A stretch of DNA of 64,000 nt from Gracilinanus agilis (lineage: Eukaryota). The first letter of the stretch is position 1, and the number at the start of each line of letters is the position of its first letter. This document shows positions 26,701 through 43,842 of the stretch, piece after piece. The DNA lies in assembly GCF_016433145.1 (NCBI RefSeq), contig NC_058131.1:557251395-557315394 (forward strand), read 5' to 3'. Below the pieces are notes generated by a model. The model searched no databases. It was not told the DNA's origin and saw only the letters and a program-made list of their open reading frames with translations. Position numbers and translations under genes: made by a program.

Positions 26701-27475
26701 TGAGCTTTCTTTGCATCTGTAGTCAAAATGCATTTGAAGACCTGGTGGCCTCACAATGGCTACAGGAGTCACCATTAGAGGGAGAGCTGGACTCAATCCC
26801 CGATATCAATTCTGCTTCTCTAGGGAGCATATCTGAGCAGGAGTTGCAGGCTAATCAAAGGAAGTAGGGTCCAAGAGTTAATCAGCATGGTTGTAACACA
26901 GTGACCAGCTCATCCCTGACCCATTTACGTCTCCCCTCCTTGCAGTCTGAATGTCAGATGTGTCTTCTTGAAGTCCTGCAGCAATATTCCCAGAAGGCTG
27001 CCCTTATTATGAATTTAGGAAGACCCCCAAATAGCAAAGGAAATAGATTCCAGGACCCAGGGTGGGGAATCCCTAATCACCAAGGAAGCCTGAATATGTA
27101 GTCTTACTTTTTGACACTCCATATCACAATAAGAGCCTGCCTGTGGCCCCAAGATCAGTCTGTCCTGGGGCTCTGTACATGGCACGGCTGGAGATGTTGT
27201 CTTGGGGCTTAGCTGCCCCCATAGTCTTTATCTGTGGAAACCAACAGGACACACTTACTCTATACTGCCAGTGACAGCTGCAGACAAAGGAGGGAAGAGA
27301 AGGCCCAGGGAACTACAGGGCCCCAGCTACAGGATTTTTGAATTTCCAGTGAAGCCTTGGGCAAAGGCTCAGCTCTCCATAAAGTAGGGGCTCTCCTTTC
27401 CCTCCCAAGCACCCAAATAGGGTATATAACACTAAAAAGGGGTTCCCTCTTCCAGACATCCCCTACCTCAAAAGT

Positions 27476-27481
27476 AATAAA
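27476..27481 (+). terminator. Candidate poly(A) signal of the SLC12 relic
   Basis: AATAAA ~200 nt after the terminal TGA (27272-27274). Confidence 0.35.
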
Positions 27482-27856
27482 AAAATTTTTTTAACTATTT
27501 AGGGCCAATATGCAGTGATGACATCCTCACTCTCCACTTACACAGTTGGCTCCGTTCCTCCCAAATAGGACTTCAATAAATGTTTGTTGAACATGTCTTC
27601 AGAAATATCCAGGAAAGGCAGTTTAATCTCCCTCAGTTCTCAGATTTACATACAACCATGTTTATTGCTAAATTTGTGTCAAACCATCTTTTTTTGCATT
27701 TTCAATTCATTTCCTTTCTCATCTTGAAGAAGTTGACCATCACCTTTTCTAGTCAACACTTTTATTTAGTGCACCTCTTTGTACCCGGCATGGGACAATT
27801 CACTTGGGTTCTAAAAAATCCATGTGAGCAACAGGCACAGAAAAAAACGAACATGT

Positions 27857-27862
27857 TTTATT
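27857..27862 (-). terminator. Candidate OSGEP poly(A) signal
   Basis: AATAAA on the minus strand ~135 nt downstream of the stop codon. Confidence 0.5.
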
Positions 27863-27996
27863 GCTCAATCATGAAGCTCAGCTTTCTAGAAAAGATAGTG
27901 GGGAACATACTCTGAAACCAATTATGTGGCCAGAAAACAGGAAAATTCCACAGATTTTTCTTGGTGTCACCCCCAAGTGAACTTCTCCTCACTGGG

Positions 27997-34431
<6,435 letters not shown>

Positions 34432-35453
34432 GGTTGGAATTGTGGGGTCAGAGGTCACGGAGGTCCATGGAGGTCCCCCCTCACCGCACGCCCCACCGAC
34501 AGAGCCGCCTCGGCTGGGAGAGTGGTCTCAGAACGCAGAGGGGGCCTACCGGAACGAGACTAGAGTAAGAGAGACGCTGCCTGCGAACTCAGCCATTAAC
34601 GGCGGAGTTCCTTTGCTCCCGCCCCCGTCGCTATAGCGACCGGTCCAAAGACACCCCCCCCACCACCATCTCTCGTAACCTGTGTCATGTGGGGTCTGCC
34701 CTAGCTACTGCCGGTGAGGGTAATTCGGCGTCTTTTTCTCTGACCTATCACCAAGGCACTGCGTCTCCTCTACGCCCTCCTGCACTCTTCTTGCCCTTCT
34801 CTTCATTCGACGGTCTTTAGTTGCTGCTTGAAGAATGGAGTCGAATGTAAGGCACTAAGATAGACAGCCCCCAAGTTGAGAGGACCTCCCAGGAGATACG
34901 TATTCGAGTCACATGGAGGGGCGGGCTCGACGCAACCCGACTCAACCTATCCCCGCCGGTTCCTTAACGCGGAAGTCCAAGATCCCGGACCGTGTGACCA
35001 AGACCAACTAACCCACGTGGGAGAATCGCGCCTTCTGCTCTTTGTGTTTGGGGTAGGAAAGATTTTCTTTTTTCTAAGTCGAGTTCACCTCGGGGTATAT
35101 CCTCGGAGCTCCTGGCTTTAGGCGGTATTTTAAAGGCAGCTGTAGAAGTGTCCGCAAGGCCGAGGAGGTGGTCCCAAGGATTTCTGTATGAAGTTGATAG
35201 GCTGGGGCTTGGGAAATTACAGAGGCTGGGAATCCTGGGATGTTTGGGAAGGAGGAAGGGAGAACGGAGGGAAGGAAAGGATTTCAAAAGCCGAATAACA
35301 AGGAGGGGAATCTATAGAGGAAGGCCCTTTCTTGCTTCCTCCGTCATCAAGCTTAAGCATCATTATCCTTATCCTTATGTCCACAGGGCCAGTATTCTCT
35401 TACGTTGGGCTACAGGGAGCTTGAGCCGAGGGGCGTTGTTCTGGGCCAGAAGG

Positions 35454-37015
35454 ATGCCAAAGCGAGGGAAGAAGGAAGTATCAGTGAAGGATGGGATCAG
35501 TGAGGAGGAGTCAGAAACTAAAGGTAATTTGATGGTTTTCATTTGTTTATCCTCCCCAGGAGTCAGAGGCCTAAGTGGTGGGAGATTTTAGTTTACATTA
35601 TCAGGTTTATGTGGATCTCCATAAATGGGAAACGGTGGCAGAGTAGGTTTCCATTGGGTGGGTCTCTTGGTCAGCTGGGTTTCATAGACCACTTGAGGGA
35701 AAAGTAGCCCCTATCCTTGAGAAACCTGTCTTTCTATTTCCAATAAAACACTTAACAGAGCCTGAGCCTAAGAAGACTAAGAAGGGTGCAAAAGAGAAGG
35801 ATGCAGCTGGAGAAGGATCTGCCTTGTATGAGGACCCCCCAGACAAGAAAACCTCACCTAGTGGCAAATCTTCTACCCTCAAGATTTGTTCTTGGAATGT
35901 GGATGGGCTTCGGGCCTGGATCAAGAAAAAGGGTTTGGATGTGAGTATGGCTCTGAGAGAAAAAAAAAAACAACTTTTACTTTGGGGTTTCAAAATTACT
36001 GATTTGCTTTTGGGAATCTAGTCGTATGCTCAGTTTTAAGATGAAATATTTCCCCCTTAAAATGCCAATACCTATTCAGGGAAATTTAGGCTGTAGGATG
36101 AAATGAGTTGTGGGGGATGAAGTAAGACAAGCAGCTCCTTGCATTCCAACGTGACTTGTATTCCTTTCTTTTTGGACAGTGGGTAAAGGACGAAGCCCCT
36201 GACATCCTTTGCCTCCAAGAGACCAAATGTTCAGAGAGCAAGTTGCCACCTGAGCTTCAGGACTTGCCTGGTCTTACCTACCAGTACTGGTCATCACCCA
36301 ACGATAAAGAAGGATACAGTGGTGTGGGTCTTCTTTCTCGCCAGTGCCCACTCAGTGTCACATATGGCATTGGTGAGTTTATTGCCCCTGACCCCTATGG
36401 CTTCCAAAGCCTGGGTGTGTTTAAACATTCTCCAACCTCACTTCCATTTTTTTTTAATGTTTTATTTCTATATGGGTTTGTTGTATCCATTCTGTAGGTG
36501 AAGAGGAGCATGATCAGGAGGGTCGGGTGATAGTGGCGGAGTTTGAGGCATTTGTGCTGGTGACAGCCTATGTGCCCAATGCAGGACGGGGACTGGTTCG
36601 TCTGGAATACCGACAACGATGGGATGAAGCATTTCGCAAGTTTTTGAAGGGGCTAAATGCCAAAAAGCCACTTGTGCTCTGTGGAGACCTCAATGTGGCC
36701 CATGAAGAGATTGACTTGCGTAACCCCAAAGGGAACAAGAAAAATGCTGGTTTTACTCCACAGGAAAGACAAGGTTTTGGGGAACTACTCCAGGCAGTGC
36801 CATTAACTGATAGTTTCCGTCATCTCTATCCAGAGGCCGCTTATGCTTACACTTTTTGGACCTACATGATGAATGCCAGAGCCAAGAATGTTGGCTGGCG
36901 GCTTGACTACTTTTTATTGTCCCAGGCCTTACTCCCTGCCCTGTGTGATAGTAAGATTCGGTCCAAAGCCCTAGGTAGTGACCATTGTCCCATCACCCTC
37001 TTGCTGGCATTGTAA
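35454..37015 (+). CDS. APEX1: DNA-(apurinic/apyrimidinic site) endonuclease 1 / Ref-1, 320 aa
   Basis: join(35454..35523,35759..35940,36180..36372,36498..37015) = 963 nt. [53 protein letters not shown]. The ATG exon acceptor is at 35387. Confidence 0.97.
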
Positions 37016-37112
37016 TTTGATTTAAACTAGGTTCTTAAGCTCCCAGAAATCCAAGACTGTTTCTTTAATTTTGAGAATGCTATCATTGACTAGTTTTTGA
37101 AATATCTCTGAG

Positions 37113-37118
37113 AATAAA
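37113..37118 (+). terminator. APEX1 poly(A) signal
   Basis: AATAAA ~100 nt after the stop, followed by GT/T-rich sequence. Confidence 0.65.
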
Positions 37119-37252
37119 GAACTGTAGAGGTCCAGCCTTGTTGTTTTTTATGTTCTATTCATAAGAAAGGGCTGGAATCTATTACCTCTTTTCCTCTCCC
37201 TACCCCCACTCAAAAAAGGTGACACGAGGAATAAGGTAGAGTCACAATTTCA

Positions 37253-37258
37253 TTTATT
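37253..37258 (-). terminator. PIP4P1 poly(A) signal
   Basis: AATAAA on the minus strand, ~670 nt downstream of the PIP4P1 stop. Confidence 0.6.
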
Positions 37259-37928
37259 TACAAGCACAGGATGAGCCCCTGATCCCCAAAGACAGACAAA
37301 CCGGTCATAACCGGCAAAAGAGGAAAGACTTGGGGAGAGGGAACACAGATTGGGGAACATACCCCACAGTTAAATAGCTATATACATATCCGTTCCCATG
37401 GTACTGTACAGAGCAGCGGCTGACCCCACCCCCACAGGGCATGGAAAGGGGTGGGGGAGGAGGCCAAGAGGGCAGCCAGATTAGTTACCCCCCGGTGAAG
37501 TGCAATAGCAGCAGCAAGGTCCTGGGGGTGGGTGGGTGCAAAAGGGAGAAGGGAACTCCCCAGGGCTTCCTACCCCTACCCTGCCCTGGAATGTTTGAGG
37601 GACAGGAATGGCCCCTTATAAGAGTATGAAGGAAGGAAAAGAGCTATAACCATTTTCCATAACTTGGGGTAAGGATACTTTATCTTCCACTTTACCCCAA
37701 ACACAGGTAGCCCTCAGAAGGGACTAAGCAGCCAGCAGTGGCCCGCCCACCCACCCTTCTAATCTTGTTTGTCTTTGAGGGCCCAGATCCTTCCCATCTC
37801 TTCCCTACAGAGGAGGGCAACGGCCTGGCTCCTCTTATGGAAGCCATGGGGACATTCCCTTTCCTGTCTGTAGTGTCTCTGTCCCCACTAGAGAGGGGCC
37901 AGGCACAGTTAGTGGGTCATCTTGGGGC

Positions 37929-40774
37929 TCAAGAATAGTTCTGGACGGGATGGCTGACCTTCATACAGGCCCAATAGAGAGCCCGGCCCAGACAGAGCAC
38001 AGCCAACAGGATGACAAATGCCCAAGCTGCATAGATACCCCCATACTGTCGGGCATGCTTCCATGTGCCAAACTAGGAGAAGAATATGGAAAAAGGAAGA
38101 AAAGGGATCAGTATAAATCTCTAATCAAACACTGGAACCAAGCTGGCTTTGGCTACCCTCCCTTACCCCTAATCCACAGGCAGTTATTGCAGAAATGAGA
38201 CAAAACCCTCCAGTGATGTTCAACTCCCATCTACAAAAGTAGCTATTACCACTTGGACATGTAGCTCACCACTTTACACTCTCTGGAAAAGATTATCCAC
38301 TCTCACTTAAGACATAATCAGTTTGCAACTTGAAATTTGTTCCTAACACCTGCCCTGCTCTGTGGAGAAAAACTTTCCCACTCAACCCTGAAGACTTCAA
38401 TCTCTCATCAGCTTCCCTTTATCAGCTAAACCCCCGAGTTTTTTGTATTCAACTATTCTTTCCTTATAAAAATTTGATTCTAGTGATGAACTTGAGAAAG
38501 TATAAAATAGAAAGATGAAAAGTGAATGATCAGATGATATAGAGCTAGTTACTCACTGCTAAGCCTGTGGCAGTAACAGCCAATAATAGCCCAAGTAGGA
38601 AGCAACAAATGCATCTCTTCCTGGGATATCTTCTCCCAATGGATGACCTGTGAAGGTAAAAGCATAGGTGACAAGCCTGTCATAACTGCAATTCTTAAAT
38701 TACAGTTCTCCATCACACCCTCTCATAATGAGGTCTATGATATCAATTCCAACTCACTTACACTTTCTTGCAGTGGGGGCAACGTGCCAAAGTTCGACCT
38801 GTAAACTCCGTCCACTACAGAGAAAACAGAATGAGGAGTCAGTTTATGGTAGGGGCAAAAAGAAAAAGGCTTTGTAAGGTCAGTTTTTTGAGAGATCCCC
38901 ATAGAAAACGCATGGATTGAATAGGGGAAAAAACAAAAAAAGGGCAAAGGTGGTGTACCTGACCTTCCCCACCTTCCACTACACCCACAAGAATATATAT
39001 ATTATCATAAATGTCTCCAGTTCTTTCCCAACCTGTCACATCCTTCCTCACCAGAAAGGTATTCTTGCAATGGCCACAGTTGACGCTGACACCTACAGGT
39101 TGTGGTTCTGGACTCAGAGGTCCTGGGTGTACTGGACCCAAATTGATGATTCTTTTACTATCCAGGAGAAAAAGGATACCGTGTAGGACCCATCAAATCC
39201 CAATAACTGTTCCCATCCCTCTTCAGAGATCACCTGGAGAGTATCTACCTGCTTCCTCATACAAGATTGTTTGCCTTCCTATCCTAAACTGATATTTCTT
39301 GAGGGAGAAATGTGTCCTAGGCCTCAGGTCACTAAACCTATTAGTCCTACATATAATCCACTAGTCCCAGAAAGCCTATCTCCCCCCCCCCACCCCAATC
39401 TTTTATTCAGGGATCCTAGGAAGCTGGCTGGTTAGATAAAAATCTGAATCATCCCAGAGAAAGTTCTTCATTGTTTCCTGAACTCCTCCCTGTAGAATCT
39501 TGTTCTACCACTATCCCCTTCTTCAGGTCTACTATTTCTGCCCACACAATCCTTTACCCTTAACTTCCCTACAACTTTAGTCTCCATCCCTCCTCATTTG
39601 GCTTTCCCAGTTCTCTGCTCTCACCAGGTGGGCCGAGGGCAGGCAATCCGCTGGGAAGTCACTTTGCAGATGAGGAGACAGTTACAGGGGCACCGAACAT
39701 ACTTCTTCCCAGGTGGAGCATTCTTGATTGGCTAAGGAATAATAGGGAGGTGAGCACCAAAAGCCCTGTACTCAATCCCTCCCAAACATACCTTTTGAGG
39801 AGGGCCCAAGAGCAATAATCCAGGAAGCTGGTAGGGATCCTGATTAGAAAGAAAAGAAGGTACACTGGGGAGAATGGAAAAGGACCATAGAAAGTTGGGG
39901 CGAACTTAAGTTATAGATGCAGAAACCAGGGGCAAACCAGAGATGAATAAGAAGTTGAATGATTGTGGGACTTACTTTGGGTAGTGTTGGGAGGGATAGA
40001 AGGGAGGAAAGGTGTCTGGATTTGTGTAATTCCTGGGATTTATATACAGCAATCAGGAAAAATTTTAGATCTAAAGTTAGTCAACTAAAAATTCCAGGAT
40101 AATGAAACTCACTGTGGCTTCGTTGCAGTTGCCACACTTAACAACATGTTGGTGCATCTTGCCTTCCACGTTGATGGGGAAATTGCAGACTCGGCATGTG
40201 ATCACGGGGGCACTGCCACTGTCTGGACTGGTCAGGGGTGAGTATGGGGGTGGGTCCTCCCCAGGCAACACAGCTGGATGCCCCTCCTGGAATGAAGGGA
40301 ACGCTGCAGAAGTAGAGAAAGAGTAGGTCACTCATGATCATCCACATGCTACTCCTGCATCTGCCTTAGATCCCTGCCCTATTTACCTAGGTCAGGGTAA
40401 CTCTTAACCTCTCTGTCACCAGTCAATGCCCTCCTTACAAAGGGCCCGCCCATCCCTGCCCAAGACTCCGCCTCTTGCTAAGACAACGAGCCCCACCCCC
40501 TTACCCTTCCCACGGGTCGGGCCAGAGGGTCACAGACCTACAAGTAGGCTCCGGATCGTCCCCTTCAGTCCCCAGTGGTTGGCCCAGACCTGTAAGCGGG
40601 TCCTAGCTCACCTTGAGGCGGGGCATGTTTCCCAGATCCATACGGAGGCGCTGAGGGAACCAGGCCTCCCCCGGCGCCGGCCCCGCCCCCGCCGGGCCCC
40701 ACCAGCCCGTTGCCGCTGGCGCTGCCGTCGTTGGGCTCCGAGAGCAGCGGGGAGCGCTCTCCGTCCGCCGCCAT
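37929..40774 (-). CDS. PIP4P1: Type 1 phosphatidylinositol 4,5-bisphosphate 4-phosphatase (TMEM55B), 284 aa
   Basis: complement(join(37929..38072,38557..38647,38762..38814,39052..39157,39625..39731,40113..40303,40612..40774)) = 855 nt, all introns [28 protein letters not shown] motif, Cys-rich region, two C-terminal TM segments. Confidence 0.96.
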
Positions 40775-41450
40775 GGCTGCCACCGCCCACTCTGGTTCGG
40801 GACCCGGCTCACTCCGCCGGTGTCGCCGCCGCCGCTGCTACCGGGTCCCCTAGGCGCCTGCGCTCCACGCGCCAAGCCCTCTTGCCCCCACTCCACTTCA
40901 CTCCCGGGTGGACGCCCCTTTCCGTCCCGCCGCTGCACGTGATGGTGAAATCAGCAAGTTCACCAGGATCTCATTGGTAGAGACGGGCCTTTTCCCTAGT
41001 CCCATGACAGTCTCTGTCCCTATTCATTGGTGTCTGTTTGCTGACAGCTGCTGCCACGTGATCTGGAAAGCCCTGCGGAAGTTTCATGTGACTAGAGAAT
41101 CATCTAGCCATTGGTGCCACAGGCCATCACGCTACCGCCGGGCCACGGGGAGGCGCCCGCCCGGTTTCGCCTTTACTCTCGGCACGTGTTCAAAAAAGTC
41201 GCTCTCAGATTAGTTGCTGTCCCAGCTCCCTGAGCACGTGATGACTGCTTTTCCCTAGTTGGCTGAAACCTTCTAACCTTGTGACGAGGACTCGTACATT
41301 TCGCTTCCTTCCCAGTAGAAGTACTCAGTTCCTAGTACATAATGCTGTGCTCTCATTGGCTGCTGACTCTCCCTTTCCTGTGATCTAGAGCACGTAGTGT
41401 CTGGGGTTGGGGTTTAGCGCCGGAACTCGGCGCAAGAGGGCGTGGCCAAG
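40400..41450 (-). promoter_or_regulatory. CpG island/promoter of PIP4P1 with clustered E-boxes and CCAAT boxes
   Basis: CACGTG at 40936, 41055, 41183 and 41235. TCATGTGAC at 41084. ATTGG at 40973, 41026, 41110 and 41355. Confidence 0.75.
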
Positions 41451-43124
41451 AAGAGTCTGAGAGCTTAGTGGAAAGTGGGGTTCGCTGAGCTCAAGTTGTT
41501 GTGGTTATCCACAGAGTCCCTAGATCTTTCAGCAGTTGGTTCTGGTGTTTGTGTGTTCCTCAAAGCTCCCGACTGGAATGGCTCAGCACTTAAAAAATGT
41601 ATTTTTTGAGACCAAATAAGGAGTTGGTGGCCAAAGGAGAACTTGAACCCACGCCCTCTTGACTGCATTTATCTATTCTTGACTTTCCTATTTGTTCGTT
41701 TGTATGCTCTTGTGGAAAGAGATCTTTCTTACCTAAACTTTTAATCCCCCCTTTCCATCCCACCTCTATACACATTGTTACTCTCCTTCCTCACTTTTAT
41801 AATTCTTAATTTTCTTTAAAGTTCAATTTAAAACACCACCTCCTACATGAAGCCTTTCATGATTATCCATCTGATAGTGAAAATGTTTTGCAAGTATTAT
41901 GTATGCAAAAGTGCTTTGCAAACCATAAGGGGCAATATAAATATCGTTAGCATTATCATTATTATACCTATACATTGTCAACCCGCTATATTCCTGAGTT
42001 GTCTGACCTCTTCTAACCAGAGTAGAACTGAGTGAGAAACACTAGAAACCGAGGAAGAAGCAACGAGTATTTTAAAGTATTCTCAGAAGAAGAGCCTGAA
42101 TGCGGTAAGGCTCATTAGTTAAAGAAATTACCCTGCTTATATTGTTTAAAAGATGAGGAAGGGGGGCAACCCGAAATTATTGCATGAGGGACAAATGTAA
42201 TAGCAAATCCTTGACTAACTCCTTGGAGTAACTTTTGGGGTCTGGAAGAGATTAGGCTGATAAATTATCTTATCTGGAAATCTCTAAAAGCCCCCTCCTG
42301 GTGAGATGATGATCGGTTTATCAGAAAGGTTCCCAGGATTGTTCTCAGTCCAGGCCCTTTTGGTGCAGTTAAGGCAGTATTCAATTGTTAGGGTCCCATT
42401 TCTCCAGTTTAGTTTATAGTTGCAAAGGATTAATGTTATGTATCAGAAATTCCTGGAAGATGGAGTCTTGAGCAAATGCAACTAATTATTATAGTCTGTA
42501 TTCCTTTCACTTTCTCAACCTGTCTCTAGCAGAATTGCAAAAGGGAGGGCAGGGACAGCTTTACTTTTTGTATCGCTACTCACAGCTGTGCAGAGTGATT
42601 GGTCAATAGTAAGAGCTTAATAAATTGATTGATTGTGCTCTATCAAATGTGTGATTACCAAGAGTTTTTTGAATTACTATTCCTTGTCATCTGCACAAAC
42701 ACCAAAATACTTGTTGGTTGAGTTGCTGAAGGTCTAGTGCTTATCCAGTGTTGTTTGGGGGAAAATTATGCTGAGCAGGAGAACAATACAGTGGAACAAA
42801 AGCGGCAATGGGGGCAAAGGAGTTAGCTCTAAAGCCTTTCTTTTACACTACGTAACCTTGTATAAGTAATCGCCCTCTGCCTCAGTCTTCTCATATGTAA
42901 AATAAAGGTGTTTAACTAGGTGGACTCTTAAGATCTCTTTCAGCTATAGATCTGAGATGAGCATTTGAACTGAATTTTAAAGCATAGTTTCAATAGTTAA
43001 GAGATCATTCTTAGGATTAGAAGTTAAAATGGACTTTATAGATCATCTAATTCAAATTCCTCGTGTTTCACCCTCTTCCAGCTAGAAGTAATCGTAGAAG
43101 GCAAAAAAAAAAATAAGTAAATCA

Positions 43125-43460
43125 AGTCAACAAACATTTATTAAGTGCCTACTAGGTGCTGGGTACTGTGCTAAACAGGCCCTCTGAATTAGAATGGAAA
43201 CTTGTAGGGGGAAGCAACTCTTTCTTGTGTCATCTGCAAGGCAGAAAATATGCATTGGGTTTTAAATGCCAAGCTGCTGAGTTTATATTTTGTCCAAGAG
43301 GCCATAGGGAACCACAAAAGAGTTTTGAGTAGAGAAGTAACTTGGTTAGACCTGACCTTTAAGGAAATTATTTTGGCAGCATTGTGAGGCATGGATTTGA
43401 GGAGGCTGTGGACAGAAACACAACAATCATTTAAGAGACTGGAAAATACTCTAGGCGCTG
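43125..43460 (-). mobile_element. LINE-2 3' fragment
   Basis: L2 tail agtcaacaaacatttattaagtgcctact. Confidence 0.6.
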
Positions 43461-43772
43461 GAAGAGGCAACTAGATTGAAGTCCAGCCTCAGACACTTCT
43501 CTATGATGTCACTAAAACTATGCATCAGTTTCTTCCATTGTAAAATGGGGCTAATAATAGCACCTACTTTCTGGGTTGTTGTAAAAATCAGATGAGACAA
43601 TATTTGTATTTAGTGCAGTGCTTGACATATAGCAGGAGGTGAATGCCTTTTCTCTCCCCTGGCAGTAATATCATCAGTATCTGTGATCTGTGTTATATAG
43701 ACCCTAAGTGGACTTATAACAAGATCCTTTTGGTATTTGAGTATCATAGATCATCAATGGATCACTCAATAT

Positions 43773-43777
<5 letters not shown>

Positions 43778-43839
<62 letters not shown>
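43778..43839. repeat. (GA)n microsatellite
   Basis: Direct inspection. A shorter (GA)n lies at ~6023-6055. Confidence 0.95.

Positions 43840-43842
<3 letters not shown>

Larger units (their letters stand above)
15620..27274 (+). pseudogene. SLC12A10P: Unitary pseudogene of an NCC-type cation-chloride cotransporter (SLC12A10/NCC2-like), 26 exons
   Basis: Exons: ~15620-15890, 16208-16348, 16549-16624, 16728-16823, 17038-17177, 17364-17480, 18178-18289, 18698-18828, 18996-19080, 19454-19605, 19781-19888, 20768-20892, 21200-21302, 21494-21648, 22302-22395, 22870-22981, ~24074-24212, 24326-24418, 24618-24700, 25228-25302, ~25556-25641, 25996-26105, 26258-26344, 26723-26863, 26946-27013, 27133-27274. 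Translations give SLC12 hallmarks: [96 protein letters not shown]. Many stops, frameshifts and splice mutations. The SLC12A10 identity is inferred from locus and NCC-type motifs. Confidence 0.9.

Noticed and set aside
15620-27274. Calling the SLC12 exons a functional SLC12A3 or NKCC gene
   Set aside because: Multiple independent stops, frameshifts and splice-site losses. The locus is not the SLC12A3 neighbourhood, and TM3 has His rather than the NKCC Tyr.
40426-40980. 184-aa plus-strand ORF and other overlapping ORFs in the PIP4P1 CpG island
   Set aside because: Stop-poor GC-rich sequence antisense to PIP4P1 exon 1, with no homology I recognise.
41625-41666. tRNA-Leu-like 3' half on the minus strand (gggcgtgggttcaag...ggccacca)
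   Set aside because: Only a B-box/T-arm-like piece. No matching 5' acceptor strand or D arm, so not a tRNA gene.
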